Shown piece by piece: positions 14,401-27,000 of a stretch of 64,000 nucleotides of DNA; position 1 is the stretch's first letter, and every line of letters starts with the position of its first letter. The notes under the pieces are model-generated. The model made no database searches. It worked only from the letters and a program-made list of their open reading frames with translations, and was not told where the DNA came from. The position numbers were made by a program, and so were the translations under genes. This DNA is from Geosiphon pyriformis uo1 (Eukaryota; Fungi; Glomeromycota): positions 186,001-250,000 of the forward strand of contig JAAOMT010000776.1 in the NCBI GenBank assembly GCA_016748015.1, written 5' to 3'.

Positions 14401-17400
14401 CTTTGTAGTATAGAGTCAGGTTGCTTCTTTCTACAAATTTTTTTATTTGTTGTATTGCTTCTTTGTTGAAAGTTTTCTGGCTGAAGTCTCTATATGGTGT
14501 CTTTAAATCTAGTTGTTTACCAATTTTGTAGAACCAATATGCTGGAGAAAGTTTTTCTTTCTATTTCTGGGTGTTGTCAGGTGTCCACTTCCTTGTTTCA
14601 GGGAGTTTGATCCCACGAGCTAAAGCTTCTTTTATTTCTTCTAGCTCGGGGACCAAGTATCTTCATTTATAAAATAATTCTCATTCCTCCATGCTTTCTT
14701 CATGCCCCACCCAAGACAAATTAATTTTTTTTTGTAAAATTTCTTTCTCGGATGGGGTATAAAGATGAGAATGGTTAGTTCTAGTTGAACTTTTGCCCAT
14801 TCTTTTCTTTCCCTTATCTCTATATCTTATTTTTTTTCTATCAATTATAATTTCTATTTGAGATGTCAATTTTTGAATTGTTTCAAATAATTGTTTAGAT
14901 AATTTTAAAATTTGATCTAAAAAGTCCATGTTGAAATTTCTATTGTTTTTTGCTGCTTTTCAGATGCTATATATATTTGAATTCCCCAATTTAATTTGCT
15001 GTACATTGTCTATGTTTTGATGATAATAATTGGTTCCAGATCTTGTGGTATATCTTCTGGTCTGATTAATGAAATTTGTGTTCCTAGTTAAGATACTGAT
15101 GACAATGATTCTTGTTTTGCATGATACATTTTTAACCAATTTCTATGTGCTACTTTCTTTAAAATCTTGTTTTCCAATTGTAATTTGTAAGCTTCATTTC
15201 CTAATGTTTCGTGTATATAGAATGAACTGTCCCACTTTGAGTCAAACTTTCTACTCCATTGTTTCTCCACTTTTGTATGATGTAACAGTACTTGGTCTTT
15301 AATCTTGAATTCCATTGGTTGTTCTGGTAGGCAGTTATTATGTCTTTCTTTTTGTTGTTCTTGAGTGTGATTAATATTGTCAGCTGTTGTTCTTTGATTG
15401 CCTTCCAACATTTCCATTAGCTGGTACGTTCTTCGGTATAAGGTAGCTTTAAAATTTTCTTCATTGATTGTTTCTGTTGGGTATGACAGTATTACTTGTT
15501 CAATCAGTAATGTAGCTTTTCTTCCATAAACTAGTTCGAACAGTGTGAACTGAGTTGTATTTTGTTTCAATGTTTGGTATGCAAAGAGTACAGAAGATAT
15601 GAATAAGTTCTATTCTTGTCTGTTTTTATGACTTATTTTTGCTAGTACTTCACACAGTGTTTGGTTAAATTGTTCTACCAGTTCATTTGTTTGTGAGTGG
15701 TATGATGACAATAAGAGTCATTTTATTCCAAATCATTGGCTTAGTTCAGTTAGTGTATTATTAATGAAATGTGTTCCTTGATGAGATAATAATTCTTTTA
15801 GGCATCCATGTTAGCAAATTAAGTCTTGATGCACAAATTTGGCTACTGTTTTGGCATCAGCCACTTGGATTGCTCTGGCTTCTGGCCATTTTGTCAAATA
15901 GTTTATGGCAACAGCAATATAGCAATTTCCTTGGGATGTAATCAAGAGAGGTCCAACCAAATTGATTCCAATTCTATTAAATGGATTTTCAACTGGAATG
16001 GGTCAAAGTGGTTCTGTTGATCTTGCTCTTCTTTTCACTGGCATGCATCACAATTAAGCATGTATTCAAAAATGTCTTTGTACATTGTTGGCCAATAGTA
16101 TAAATTTAGTGTTCTTTCGAGGATAGCATCTTTGTTAAAGTATTCTGTGGTTGGATCAGAATGCATATTATGTAATATAGTTTTTTTTTTACTGTTTTTT
16201 ATAACTTGTTGTGAGGTGGGACAGTTTTGACATTCTTGTTAATATAGTTGGTTGTCTTAAATAAAATAATTTTGGGCTTGTTTTCATATGGTACCTCATT
16301 TCTGTTGAGATAATATCTCTTTGAAACATAGTGTCAATAGATACTGATGTAATTATTAATATGTAAGTGTGTTCATGAGTCTGGGATTAGATTTGTGGCA
16401 TCCTCAACAAACTGTCGGCATTAGTGTTCTTGGATCCTTTCTTGTAATGGACTTTGAGTGGGAATTGTTGTAGATAAGTACTCCATCTTGCATATTTTTT
16501 TTTAATTGTAGATTATTGAGTAATCAAATAAGTTCTTTGTGGTCAATATATAGGTTAAATGGTTGACTAAGATAATGTTTCCAAGTTTGTATTGCCCAAT
16601 AAATGGCAAGACATTCCAAATCTGTTGTGCTGTAATTCTTTTTTGCTGGGCTCATACTGCAACTAACATAGGCAACTGGATGTTTTCTATTGTCTGGTTC
16701 TATTTGTGATAAGATTGCTCTTAGAGCATTTTTCGAGGCATCTGTAATGACAATGAATCATTTAATAAAATCTGAATAAATCAGGATGGAGGATGTGATC
16801 AAACACTGCTTGAGATAGTCGAATGCTTTCTGTTGATCTTCCTTCCACAAGTACAATACGTATTTAGACAACAAATGATGGAGTGGTTTTGTGATGTTCA
16901 AGAAATCTTTGACAAATCAACAATAATAATCTGCTAATCCTAGAAATCCTCGTAATTCTTTGAAGTTGATTGAGGCTGGAAAATCCTTGACTTTTTGGAC
17001 CTTATCTGAATCGGGCTTGACTTCATCTTTGCCAATTACATGTCCTAGGAACTTTAACTCTGTTTTTTCAAAGAAGCATTTATTGGGGTTGAGTTTCAAT
17101 CTGACACTATAAAGACGTTTAAAGACTTGTTACAGATGGAGCAAATGATTATTGAACATTTCAGAGAAAACATTGGTGCCGTCTAAATATACTATAACTG
17201 ATTTCCACAGGATTCCTTTGTATATGATATCCATAAAGTGTTGGAACATGGCAGGAGCATTACAGAGTCCAAAAAGCATTACGTTAAACTCAAAGTTTCT
17301 GTCTTGGGTAGTGAATGCTGTTTTTTTTTGTCTTTGGGATCCATTTCAACTTGCCAGTAACTACTTGCTAAATCTAATAATGAGAACCATTTCTTTTTTT

Positions 17401-19285
17401 TTAGATTATTCAGAATTTCTTAGATGAGAGGCATGGGATAACTATCTCTTTGCATGACACTATTTAGTTTTTGGTAATCTATGCAGAATCGCACTTTTCC
17501 ATTTTTCTTGGTGACCAAGACTACTGGGGAAGACCAAGGGCTTAGTGATTCTTTTATTAAGCCATTGTCAAACATTCGTTGGACTTCTTGTTTGATAAGA
17601 TTGTTGTCAGATGGGGGTACTCAGTAAGCTCATTGTTTAATAGGTTGAGTGTTTTCTGTATCAATCTGATGCTTTACAATATCAGTGTGTCTGAACTCAT
17701 TTTTGCTGGCAAAGACATTGGCATACTGATTCAGAAGGACTTTGAGTTGCATTTGTTGCAGGGTACTTAAGTTTCCTAAATTTAATTTATTGATCTCTTC
17801 TGGTGTGAACAAGTAACTTTTTTTTGGCAAATTTCATATTTGTAAGGTAATGTCGCAAAATAAAAATAGCTGTGCAAAATCTGGAATGGACTGGAGTTTT
17901 TCAGGATGTTGAATGTTTAATGAGATAGAACTAATAAGGGTTCCTTTGGGGATTTCAATTACATCTTCTGTGAGATTGTAGATGGGGATTTTGAAGTGTT
18001 TATGGGCTTTGGCCAGCAGGTATAAGTTAACAACATTGGCTAGAGAACAGATTTCAGGATTAGCTTTAAATAACAAGGCTTGATCTTGGATTTTTCGATT
18101 TACCTTAAGAAGATATTATTGGTAAGAGGGAATAAAGATGACTGTGTTGGTGTAGATAAGTTCTACCTGGTCACTGTCTTCCTCCATGAAGTTGATTGGT
18201 ACATTTCCTCTTCCATTTGATCCAAACCTGTTGATTCTTCAGGTAGTGAGACCTAATTCTTTTCAGATTGTTATCAGAACTAATTGGGATATTTTGACTA
18301 AGGATAGGAAGATAGCTTGGGCAATTTTTTCTTGTGATTTTATTTTGTAGGATCTGTCCAAATTGTTTTGTAGCATTATGATGATGTTTTCTGTGTAACC
18401 AGCATCGATGATTCCTCCTTTTACATTGATTCTTTTCTTGGCTAAACTAGATCAAGAGGCAATTTGTATCATTGTGCTAACAGAAATTTTTAACACTATC
18501 TTAAGATCTATCTTTACAAGAGAATGTGGGGCTATAATTATGGGTGATTGTCTAGAGTATTGTAGGTTGAAACCAGTATCAGTGTCATGTGCTTTTTTGG
18601 GGCAGATTCTTTCTTCATTATTACTGTACCATTTTAATTCTAATTCTTTGAATAGGTCAGGATATGCGAGATATTGCTCTGTTTTGGTAGTCTCATTAGG
18701 CTCTTGAAATGGCATGTCCTCAACTATTAACTCAGCTTTTTCTTCAGGTTTTGGTAGTTCATCAATAAGGTGTAATATTCTTGGCAGTGGATTGAACATG
18801 AGATCACATTCATTACAATACTGGAAATGGCAAGAGATTAGGCAATGATCACATAATTTCGTGTTTAAATCAGCTAGTTTTTGTTCCTGTTCTTCTTAGG
18901 TCAAGACCAATTCTTGGTAATGGTCCTAAAATGCATCCGGGTCATCAGTAAAAAAATCTTCAGTAATGTAATCGGGTCTTTTGTATTTGGATACAAATGG
19001 GTTTTCTTTGATTTCTCATATTTTGCTGAGTGTGGCACCTTCAGCTTTGACACTGGCCATTCTCCATATTTTGTGCTCATTATGTGGATAACTGTCCAAT
19101 TAATTGAGTGCTCATCTTCAGGCATTCTCGATTGGGGTTTCCTTTTGTATCCAATTATTGATCAAGATAGTATATTGACATTGTTACAGTTTAAGAATTT
19201 AGCAAAAAGAATCATAAAAATAATACAAACTATTCAATCATAATATAGCACAGTAATAATCTTAGAAAGGTAATGATTAACATAG

Positions 19286-19372
19286 TAGCAAACACCATCT
19301 TGCGATAGTGGCAAGCACCAGTTCACAATAGCAGCCAACACCAACTGGTGATAGCAGCAAGCACCAGGTTGA
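19286..19372 (+). repeat. ~4 x 22-23-bp degenerate tandem (atagcagcaagcacca...) in the family F LTR
   Basis: Successive units agcaaacacca, ggcaagcacca, agccaacacca and agcaagcacca at regular spacing. Confidence 0.65.
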
Positions 19373-20011
19373 AATATCAAAAAGAAAGTATTTTCTCGTA
19401 GAACTACAAACATGTATATATACAGTAGTTTTAATATTGGAAAAGAATTAATCAAGTAATAAAAATCATAACTTATCAAGCAATAGATCCAATTTTATCC
19501 AACAAACTCTACTTTAAATCATACTTTCAAATTAAATATCCCAAGAAACCTTTAAAATCAAAAAGAAATGAAAAAGAATATTTAAAAACGGAACTATCAC
19601 AACCCAAAGTATTAAGAAACTTACTTGTATTATTTATTGAATGAAACTATTATTCATCAACTGAATCCCTTGGAAGAATAATTCTTGATCAAGATTATTC
19701 ACGTTGTTACTAATTGATAAAAGCTTTATTGTGAGAATTAGAAAAGCGCTAAAGACCATTAACATTTTGTGTTTCTAGATTAGAGAAACACATCAGGCAA
19801 TTGCAAGGATAGCCTCAGAGAAGACCCCAGACAGTGGGTAGATTTCAGTTCAGTCTCTNNNNNNNNNNNNNNNNNNNNNNNNNNNNNNNNNNCTCAATCA
19901 ATAAAGAAACAACGTATTTATTCACCAGAAGATAAATCATACCATTTTTCACCAGAAAATAAGATACAAATTCCATTAGGAGCTGCATTATCATCAACAT
20001 CAACTCCACAA

Positions 20012-21449
20012 ATGCCAAGAACTCCTAGTTATATTGATAAAATTAAACAATGTAACTGGGGAGACATACCAATTACAGGAAGATATTCATCACTATTCCA
20101 AAACCCTCTTTTTCAGCCAAAATTTAGAACGGGGTTTGAAAACCGTGAAGAAGAGTCTGAATCGGAATCCGAAAAAGAGACCAGCAAAAAAACAATCACA
20201 AGACCAGTTACTGGAACAAGCAACCAGTCCAGAAACCAAGAAACTCGTGATCAAGAGGAAGAACCAGATATAAGGGAAGCCACCTTTAGGAACGCTCAAG
20301 GAAATATCATCCCACCTCCTCTTAGACCAATAAACCCACCAGCAGAAAATGGCAACAAAATGACCACACCATACATTGCAAGACTAACAGATTTCTCAAG
20401 AGAGGAAGAAGAAATGGACGTGCATACATGGCTCAGAGAAGCACAAAAAGCCATCCAGGCAAATAACTGGAACAACCAAAGAGCAATTCAAACATTACCT
20501 TTCTTCCTGAAAGGCACAGCCGACTCGTGGTATCAAAGCCTGGAAACAAAACCCACGAGCTTCGCCAAATTTAAAAATGCACTCCTGAAGTATTTTAGCA
20601 ACCCAAACGCCGTAATCCAACTACAGAACAAATTCAATACTATCAAGCAAAATACCGGTGAAACTGTCACCCAATACCTTGCTCGATTCAATCGAATTCG
20701 CCGTCAGATTGAAGTGATTGAACAAAGATACTACACTGATCCTCAGGTTTTAAATCAGTTTATTAGAGGATTAAAAAGCAGCATTTTAGGAAGAGTACGC
20801 CCTGCCCACTCTAATTCCTTACCAGAAGCCGTTACGCTCGCCAGAGCCCTTGAATTGGCTGAGAAAGAAGCTAACCATAGTCAAATGGTTAACATGGTAA
20901 TGGAGGAAAATAAGACAGAAACATTAGAGAAAAGAGTAACGCGATTAGGGGAGGAACTCTCTAAGAAAATAGAAAGTTACCTCATCCCGGATCCAAGAAA
21001 AAATACATACCAACCACCCCAAAGACGCAGCCAGGAAGTCAGCGACAGTCAAAATAATCGCTTGTCATGCCAGGAATTCAGAACAGAAACACGCGCCTGC
21101 CATTTTTGCAAATGCGTAGAACATTTGATTAGTCAATGTCGAATGCGAATAATGCAGGAAGCATGCGAAAATAATTACTACGCGCCACCCCAAATGCCCA
21201 GAAACCAGTACACGCCAATACCACGCCAATATCCCACCACGTATCAAAATCAAGGAGCTTACCAGCAACAGCCCATGATAGCCAACCCGAATTGGCATCC
21301 CGAGGCCCGAAATCAGCCCATGTGGAACCAGAACGTGTTGGTCCAGAGGAATCCAAACCGCGCCGGAACCAATCAGCAAACCAATCCAAACTACCAAAAT
21401 TATCAACAAACTTACCTTAATATACCGGAAAACCTGATCATCGGAAACA
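20012..21449 (+). CDS. Gag of element F (retrotransposon capsid domain plus CCHC knuckle), partial, runs into a gap
   Basis: Open frame with WLREAQKAIQANNW, FFLKGTADSWY, IKQNTGETVTQYLARF, QFIRGL, CHFCKCVEHLISQC and a Gln/Asn/Pro-rich tail. Confidence 0.88.
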
Positions 21450-21894
21450 ANNNNNNNNNNNNNNNNNNNNATTACCAGAAGGGTGTTGTCCAGCAGAATC
21501 TGCCCTCACTTATTATATCAATGCCAGAATAAATTATCATATAGAAAAGGAAGAAGAACCACACGATGCAAAACTTGGATTGTATAGAGAATTATCACAA
21601 TACACTACAAAAAAAGTAGCAGTAATAGCCGCAACTATTGTCAAAATCCATCGAGAAATTGAGCAATATGCCAACGAAAATTTTCCAATATCCACAGGAA
21701 ACACTAGGGAACGCGCCAACAAAACCAAAGAAAATTTAGAAACTAATCAGGAAAGTAACCAGCAAAAACTAAGAACACCAGCTCAAATGCCAAAGAAAAC
21801 TGTCACTCAATCAATAAAGAAACAACGTATTTATTCACCAGAAGATAAATCATACCATTTTTCACCAGAAAATANNNNNNNNNNNNNNNNNNNN

Positions 21895-24092
21895 CAGCTA
21901 TTTTTTCTTTTGAATTAGAGGAAAACGAGGCTATGTTCAGTGGAGCAGCATTGGATGAAAAACGCCCAATCACTGCTATGTATACGGAAGCCACTGTAAA
22001 CAATACCCCAATCAAACTTATCTTAGACAGCGGATCCGCTGGAAGCATTGTAACGCTTCAACTAGTAAACCAACTGGGTTTCAAAGTTGATCATGCCGCG
22101 ACGTTCCAAATCATAACAGCCGATGGAAGTACAAAGCTGCCTTATGGCAAAATCGACTCATTCCCTTTCGAAATTAACGGCATAGTAATACCTACAAAAG
22201 TATTAGTAATGGACGCTACACAATATCAAGCATTAGTAGGGAATGACTGGCTAACAAAAGCCAACGCCACCCTAGACTGGACCACCCAAGAGCTTCTGAT
22301 CAATTATAATGGCCACCAGGCCAAAATTCCAGCCACCTGTGGCCACTTCCAAAAACCCAGCGCCAACCAAAGATCTATCTTCAAATTTGAGGAAAATCCA
22401 GCACTACCAACCATCGAAATCTATCAGCTCTCTTGGGCTGATGACCAAAGAACAGGACTACCAGCCATACCAACATGGACCAGCGAAGAAAGATCCGAAT
22501 GGAACCAGGTAAGTTCACGAAAAAACCACCAGCGACGCAGACCAAAGCTAGAATGCTCAGTTTGCAAGAAGAAACTCTCGTCTATGACTGTGTGCAGCGC
22601 ACCGGACAAAGACCCAAGAAACCCCACCCACTACTATTGTAATTGTTGTAACAAAGAAAAATACGGTTACCCAGAAAGACACGGAAAATGGGACGAGGAA
22701 CTATGCCTCACTTGTGGAGAACTGTTACCAAGAGGATGCGACTGGAACGACTTACCAGGCAGAGGAAGAACATGTGACGCAACTTGCCAATACACGATCC
22801 TTATCTGTGACTGGGTAAGAGGAGGAACGCTGTTCGAAGCAGCATTCAACAGAGCGTTAAAAAGACTATAGCACTACCCACACGACGAGGACGAGTTGTA
22901 CAACACCGCACAAGCCAAAGTAAGAGGAGGAACTGCCGAAGAAATACGACGTTGGAAAGAGTCAGCCGAAGTAGCCGATGAAGTCGCCAGCTACAACATG
23001 TTCGACCCAGTGGACAAATTCCAGGACTACTACCAACAACTATGTTCCACTCGACAAGAGCAAGAACAATACCTCGCCCAAATCAACACTTACCTCTGCA
23101 AAAACTGTCTCATCCCGTGCCAAAGTCAGTGCTGTAAAGAGTGTCAAGACGAAAGGGACTTAGAAAGAAAAATGGAAATTAAGAATCAGCAGTCTCAAAA
23201 TCAATCAATAAATCAACAAGACTCACCTGATGGTCCCGAGTCAGAAAAATTTGTAGCCTATACTGACCTAGAACAGATGACTGACATCCGATACTTCGAC
23301 AACAGGCACTTAGAAATAATACCCGAAAGAGCCCATCCAACCGACACCGGATTTGATCTACGTTATCCAGAAGACCAATCCACAACGTTACCACCCAGAA
23401 GCATCACCAAAATCGACCTAAAAATAGCAGTTGAAATTCTGCCAGGAATAATGGTTCAAATGGCGTCGCGATCAAGCCTCACGAAAAAAGGAATAAGCGT
23501 TCAAGGAGGAGTAATTGACTCTGGATACACTGGAAATTTGATGGTTTTGCTACAGAACAATTCAGAAAAGCCTTATACCATTGAATCTAAGGAAAAGATT
23601 GCACAAGCAATTTTCTTACCATTGGTAAAAATTGGGAAATTCGTGCCAGTGGAAAATCGTGAGGAATTGTCACAAACAACGAGAGGAACTTTTGGTTTCG
23701 GATCGACAGGAAAAGGAATTGAAGCGAATTTCGCTGAAACAATAGAGGAAAAAGGCGAAGTAATTAAAAATGAGCAGTCCATCACACTCCTACCATATGG
23801 AAAATCAGAAATAAGAATAAAAAGGACAATTAAAGAAAAAGACCTAATATTTAAGCCCTACCCAGAAACTTGTCAACAGTTTTTCATAAGACTTACTAAC
23901 CTTTTTATTCCAGCTGATAAAGCTCAATGGATAAAAATTCCTATCGCAAACACCACAGAAGAACCAGTCTACATTTCGGAAGATACCATCATTGGATACC
24001 TCGGAACGGAGCTAGAAAATGTGTCAACACCACAAGAAATTCTAAATTTCTCAGAAATCACCCTCTACTGTGAACTCACTTCAACAAATTAA
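21895..24092 (+). pseudogene. Protease, Cys-rich block and dUTPase polyprotein of element F (one TAG at 22869-71, probably from CAG)
   Basis: Aspartic protease LILDSGSAGS and ALVGNDWL. All five trimeric dUTPase motifs: TGFDL, ASRSSL, GGVIDSGYTG, EKIAQAI, RGTFGFGSTG. Confidence 0.92.
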
Positions 24093-27000
24093 TAACACAG
24101 TATTAAACCACTATAGTAACTTAGAATTTAATGAAGAAATTAACTTCGATTTCGACGGAGCTCAATCTTGAAAGGAGGGGATAATGTTATGGTTTAAGAA
24201 TTTAGCAAAAAGAATCATAAAAATAATACAAANNNNNNNNNNNNNNNNNNNNNNNNNNNNNNNNNNNNNNNNNNNNNNNNNNNNNNNNNNNNNNNNNNNN
24301 NNNNNNNNNNNNNNNNNNNNNNNNNNNTCACAACCCAAAGTATTAAGAAACTTACTTGTATTATTTATTGAATGAAACTATCATTCATCAACTGAATCCC
24401 TTAGAAGAATAATCCTTGATCAAGATTATTCACGTTGTTACTAATTGATAAAAGCTTTATTGTGAGAATTAGAAAAGTGCTAAAGACCATTAACATTCTG
24501 TGTTTCTAGATTAGAGAAACACATCAGGCAATTGCAAGGATAGCCTCAGAGAAGACCCCAGACAGTGGGTAGATTTCAGTTCAGCCTCTGAGAAGGAGTA
24601 CATAAACACACACAACAATCAAGAATTAAAGAATAACTTACATCACAACAGTAAAAAGAAAGCCTTCAGTGTAACAGTGACATTATTACACAAATAGAAT
24701 TAAGGAACTCACGAAAGACTGATTGCAATTAAAGCAGGATATCAGCAATTAAATATAACAAGAAAACCATCCCGTAACAACATGCTTTGTCACATGTTCC
24801 TCCTTTGCCAGGTATATCATTCCAGAATCTTTTATTTGGCAGGATCTCGCTACAGACAAGACATGGTGTACTGTCTTATTTGCCTTGTTGTTTCAGTTTT
24901 CCAAATCTTTTCATTATGCATGGTTTGCAATAGTATTTTGTGGCAGTTGGCCATTTTTCATTATCTCCTATACACATGCCCATGGAGGATAACTTTTTTC
25001 CACAGTTGACACAGTTTAATTTTAGGGTTCAATATTATTGACTTCCTTGACTTGGAGTGGAATAGCCTATAGGTGCCAATTGTAGTTCTTCTGCTTTTCC
25101 CTTTTCTTTTTCTTTTCAAGTTGGTGGTGGGATAACTCTGTTTGGAAATCATCCACCCATGAAACTTAATAGGTTTCTATGGTTGGGAGTAGTGTTGTGT
25201 CTTTGAATTCAATTAGTGGTTTCTCCAAGCTTTAAGCTTGGAAGTGTCTGCACGTAGCTGGAACTCAGGCATGTTATCCATTAAAAGTGATCTGTAATTC
25301 CTGTGTGTTCTAGTCAAGAATGGCATGGGCTTTGGCCAACCAGTTGTTTCTGACAAGAGCTTGATATTGTGTGACTTCCATAACCAGAACTTTAATAGAA
25401 ATTTGGATTTCATTGATCTCGAAGGGGAAATTATCAATTTTTCCAATGGGAGTCTTGGTATTGCTGTCTGTAGTAATAATTCAGGCAGTTGTGGCATGAT
25501 CTACTCAGTAACCTAATTGATCCATAAGTTGTTTTGTTATTATACTGCCCACTGAACCACTATCTAAAATTAACTTAATATCTATGTTTTCAACTCTAGC
25601 ATCAGTATACAAAGCTGTGATTGGTTTATCCTGATTAATGGCAGCTCCACTGAAAAGGCTAGTGGTGTTTAGGTGGTCAATATCAAAGAGGAATATGGCA
25701 GCAAGGGTGGTGTCTTTAGTAATGATGGCAGGTGGAATGATATTGTTGATTTGCTTTCGTCTTGAAAGGTTGGAAATCTCTCCTACATCTTTCCCTTCTA
25801 AAGATGTAGAACTATAAAAATCCTAATTTTCAGTGAGATCAAGATATAAGGCTTGGTCAGGGTATTCAGCTAATGCTGGTCGAGATGGGGCATTACTACA
25901 ATTTAGAAATTGTGATGGTACACTGTTAGTTGGTCTCTGATTGTTGCTGGGGTTCCTTCATCCTTGGTTGTAATTAATCACATGATGTTTAGGTTGGTTA
26001 TTAATGAGATTTTAGTACTGGAGTGCTGCTTGAACCAGTGGTTGTGAAGACTGGTAGTAGATTTGAAGTGGTTGCTAGGTATACTGTATTTGTTGTAAAT
26101 ATTAAGGTGGTTGATATTGAGGTGTGAGGTATTGGAATACCATGTTTTAAGGGTATTTTGGGTGCTGATATTGATTTCCTTGATTTTGGTTCATTATTTT
26201 CTTATGGCAGTTCCGGATAATATGTTCAGGTTTTTGGCAATAGTAACAATTACAGGGATTGGATTTCCAATATTGTTGTTGTTGCTGGTAATTCTGTTGT
26301 TGTTGATATCTGGTGTTATTACTATTCTTTTATTGTAATGGTTGGTAAGATCCTATGATACTGGCTAAAAATCCCTCAATTTTCTGAGTTAATTTTTCAC
26401 TTAATTGAGTTATTTTTGTGTCAATATCAAATGTTCTATTGATAGCCAGGTTAACGGCTTGAGTATAATTAGTCTCTTGTTCTGCTGACTCAAAGTTACA
26501 AGCAAGAGTAACTGCTTCTTGTAGGTTTGTTGAGTGGAGGAGTCTCATGGATTGAAGGAGACTGCTTTTTAATTCTTTGACAAATTGGTTAAGAATTTGT
26601 ACTACAGTGTAGTAATCCCTTTCAATGGCCTGTATTTAATGAAGAATTTGGTTAAATCATCCAAAATAAGTGGTTACTGCTTTATGGTCTTTTTGTTTTA
26701 TGATGCTGAATTGATTTTATAATCTGATAAGAGTGTTGGGGTCACAAAAGTATTGCAGAAAAGCAAGTTTAAAGGTGGCAAAGTCGGTTGGTTTCTCTGT
26801 AAGACTTTGATATCATGAGTCTGTAGTTCTGGTTAGAAAGAATGACAATGCTTGAATGGTCCTATTATTATTCCAATTGTTGGTGGTGATGGCTTTCTCG
26901 GCTTCTGTAATCCATATATATGCATTATTTTTTTCACTGGAGAATTTTTCTAATTTGGCAATATCTCGGTAAGCCATGATCTGGTGGATAGGTAGAATTT

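Larger units (their letters stand above)
19182..24779 (+). mobile_element. Young LTR element F: gag-PR-Cys block-dUTPase, without RT/RH/IN
   Basis: LTRs start at 19182 and 24185 and end at 24779. Perfect TSD ACAT (19178-81 and 24780-83) splits the GGTCDKACQYTIL motif of element C. PPT gaaaggagggga at 24170-24181. Comparable LTR parts differ by about 6 transitions in ~260 nt. Confidence 0.92.

Noticed and set aside
21471-21874. Apparent extra ORF (21580-21918) between gag and protease of F
   Set aside because: It is bounded by N gaps and its last ~70 nt duplicate 19893-19960. It is the gag 5' part, probably misplaced during scaffolding.
22869-22871. Programmed stop read-through between the Cys block and dUTPase
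   Set aside because: A single TAG is best explained by CAG>TAG under the pervasive C>T decay; this codon is not shown to be a conserved stop in other families.
23330-23720. Host or horizontally acquired stand-alone dut gene
   Set aside because: It is intronless and embedded in the retroelement polyprotein between LTRs, at the same position in four families.
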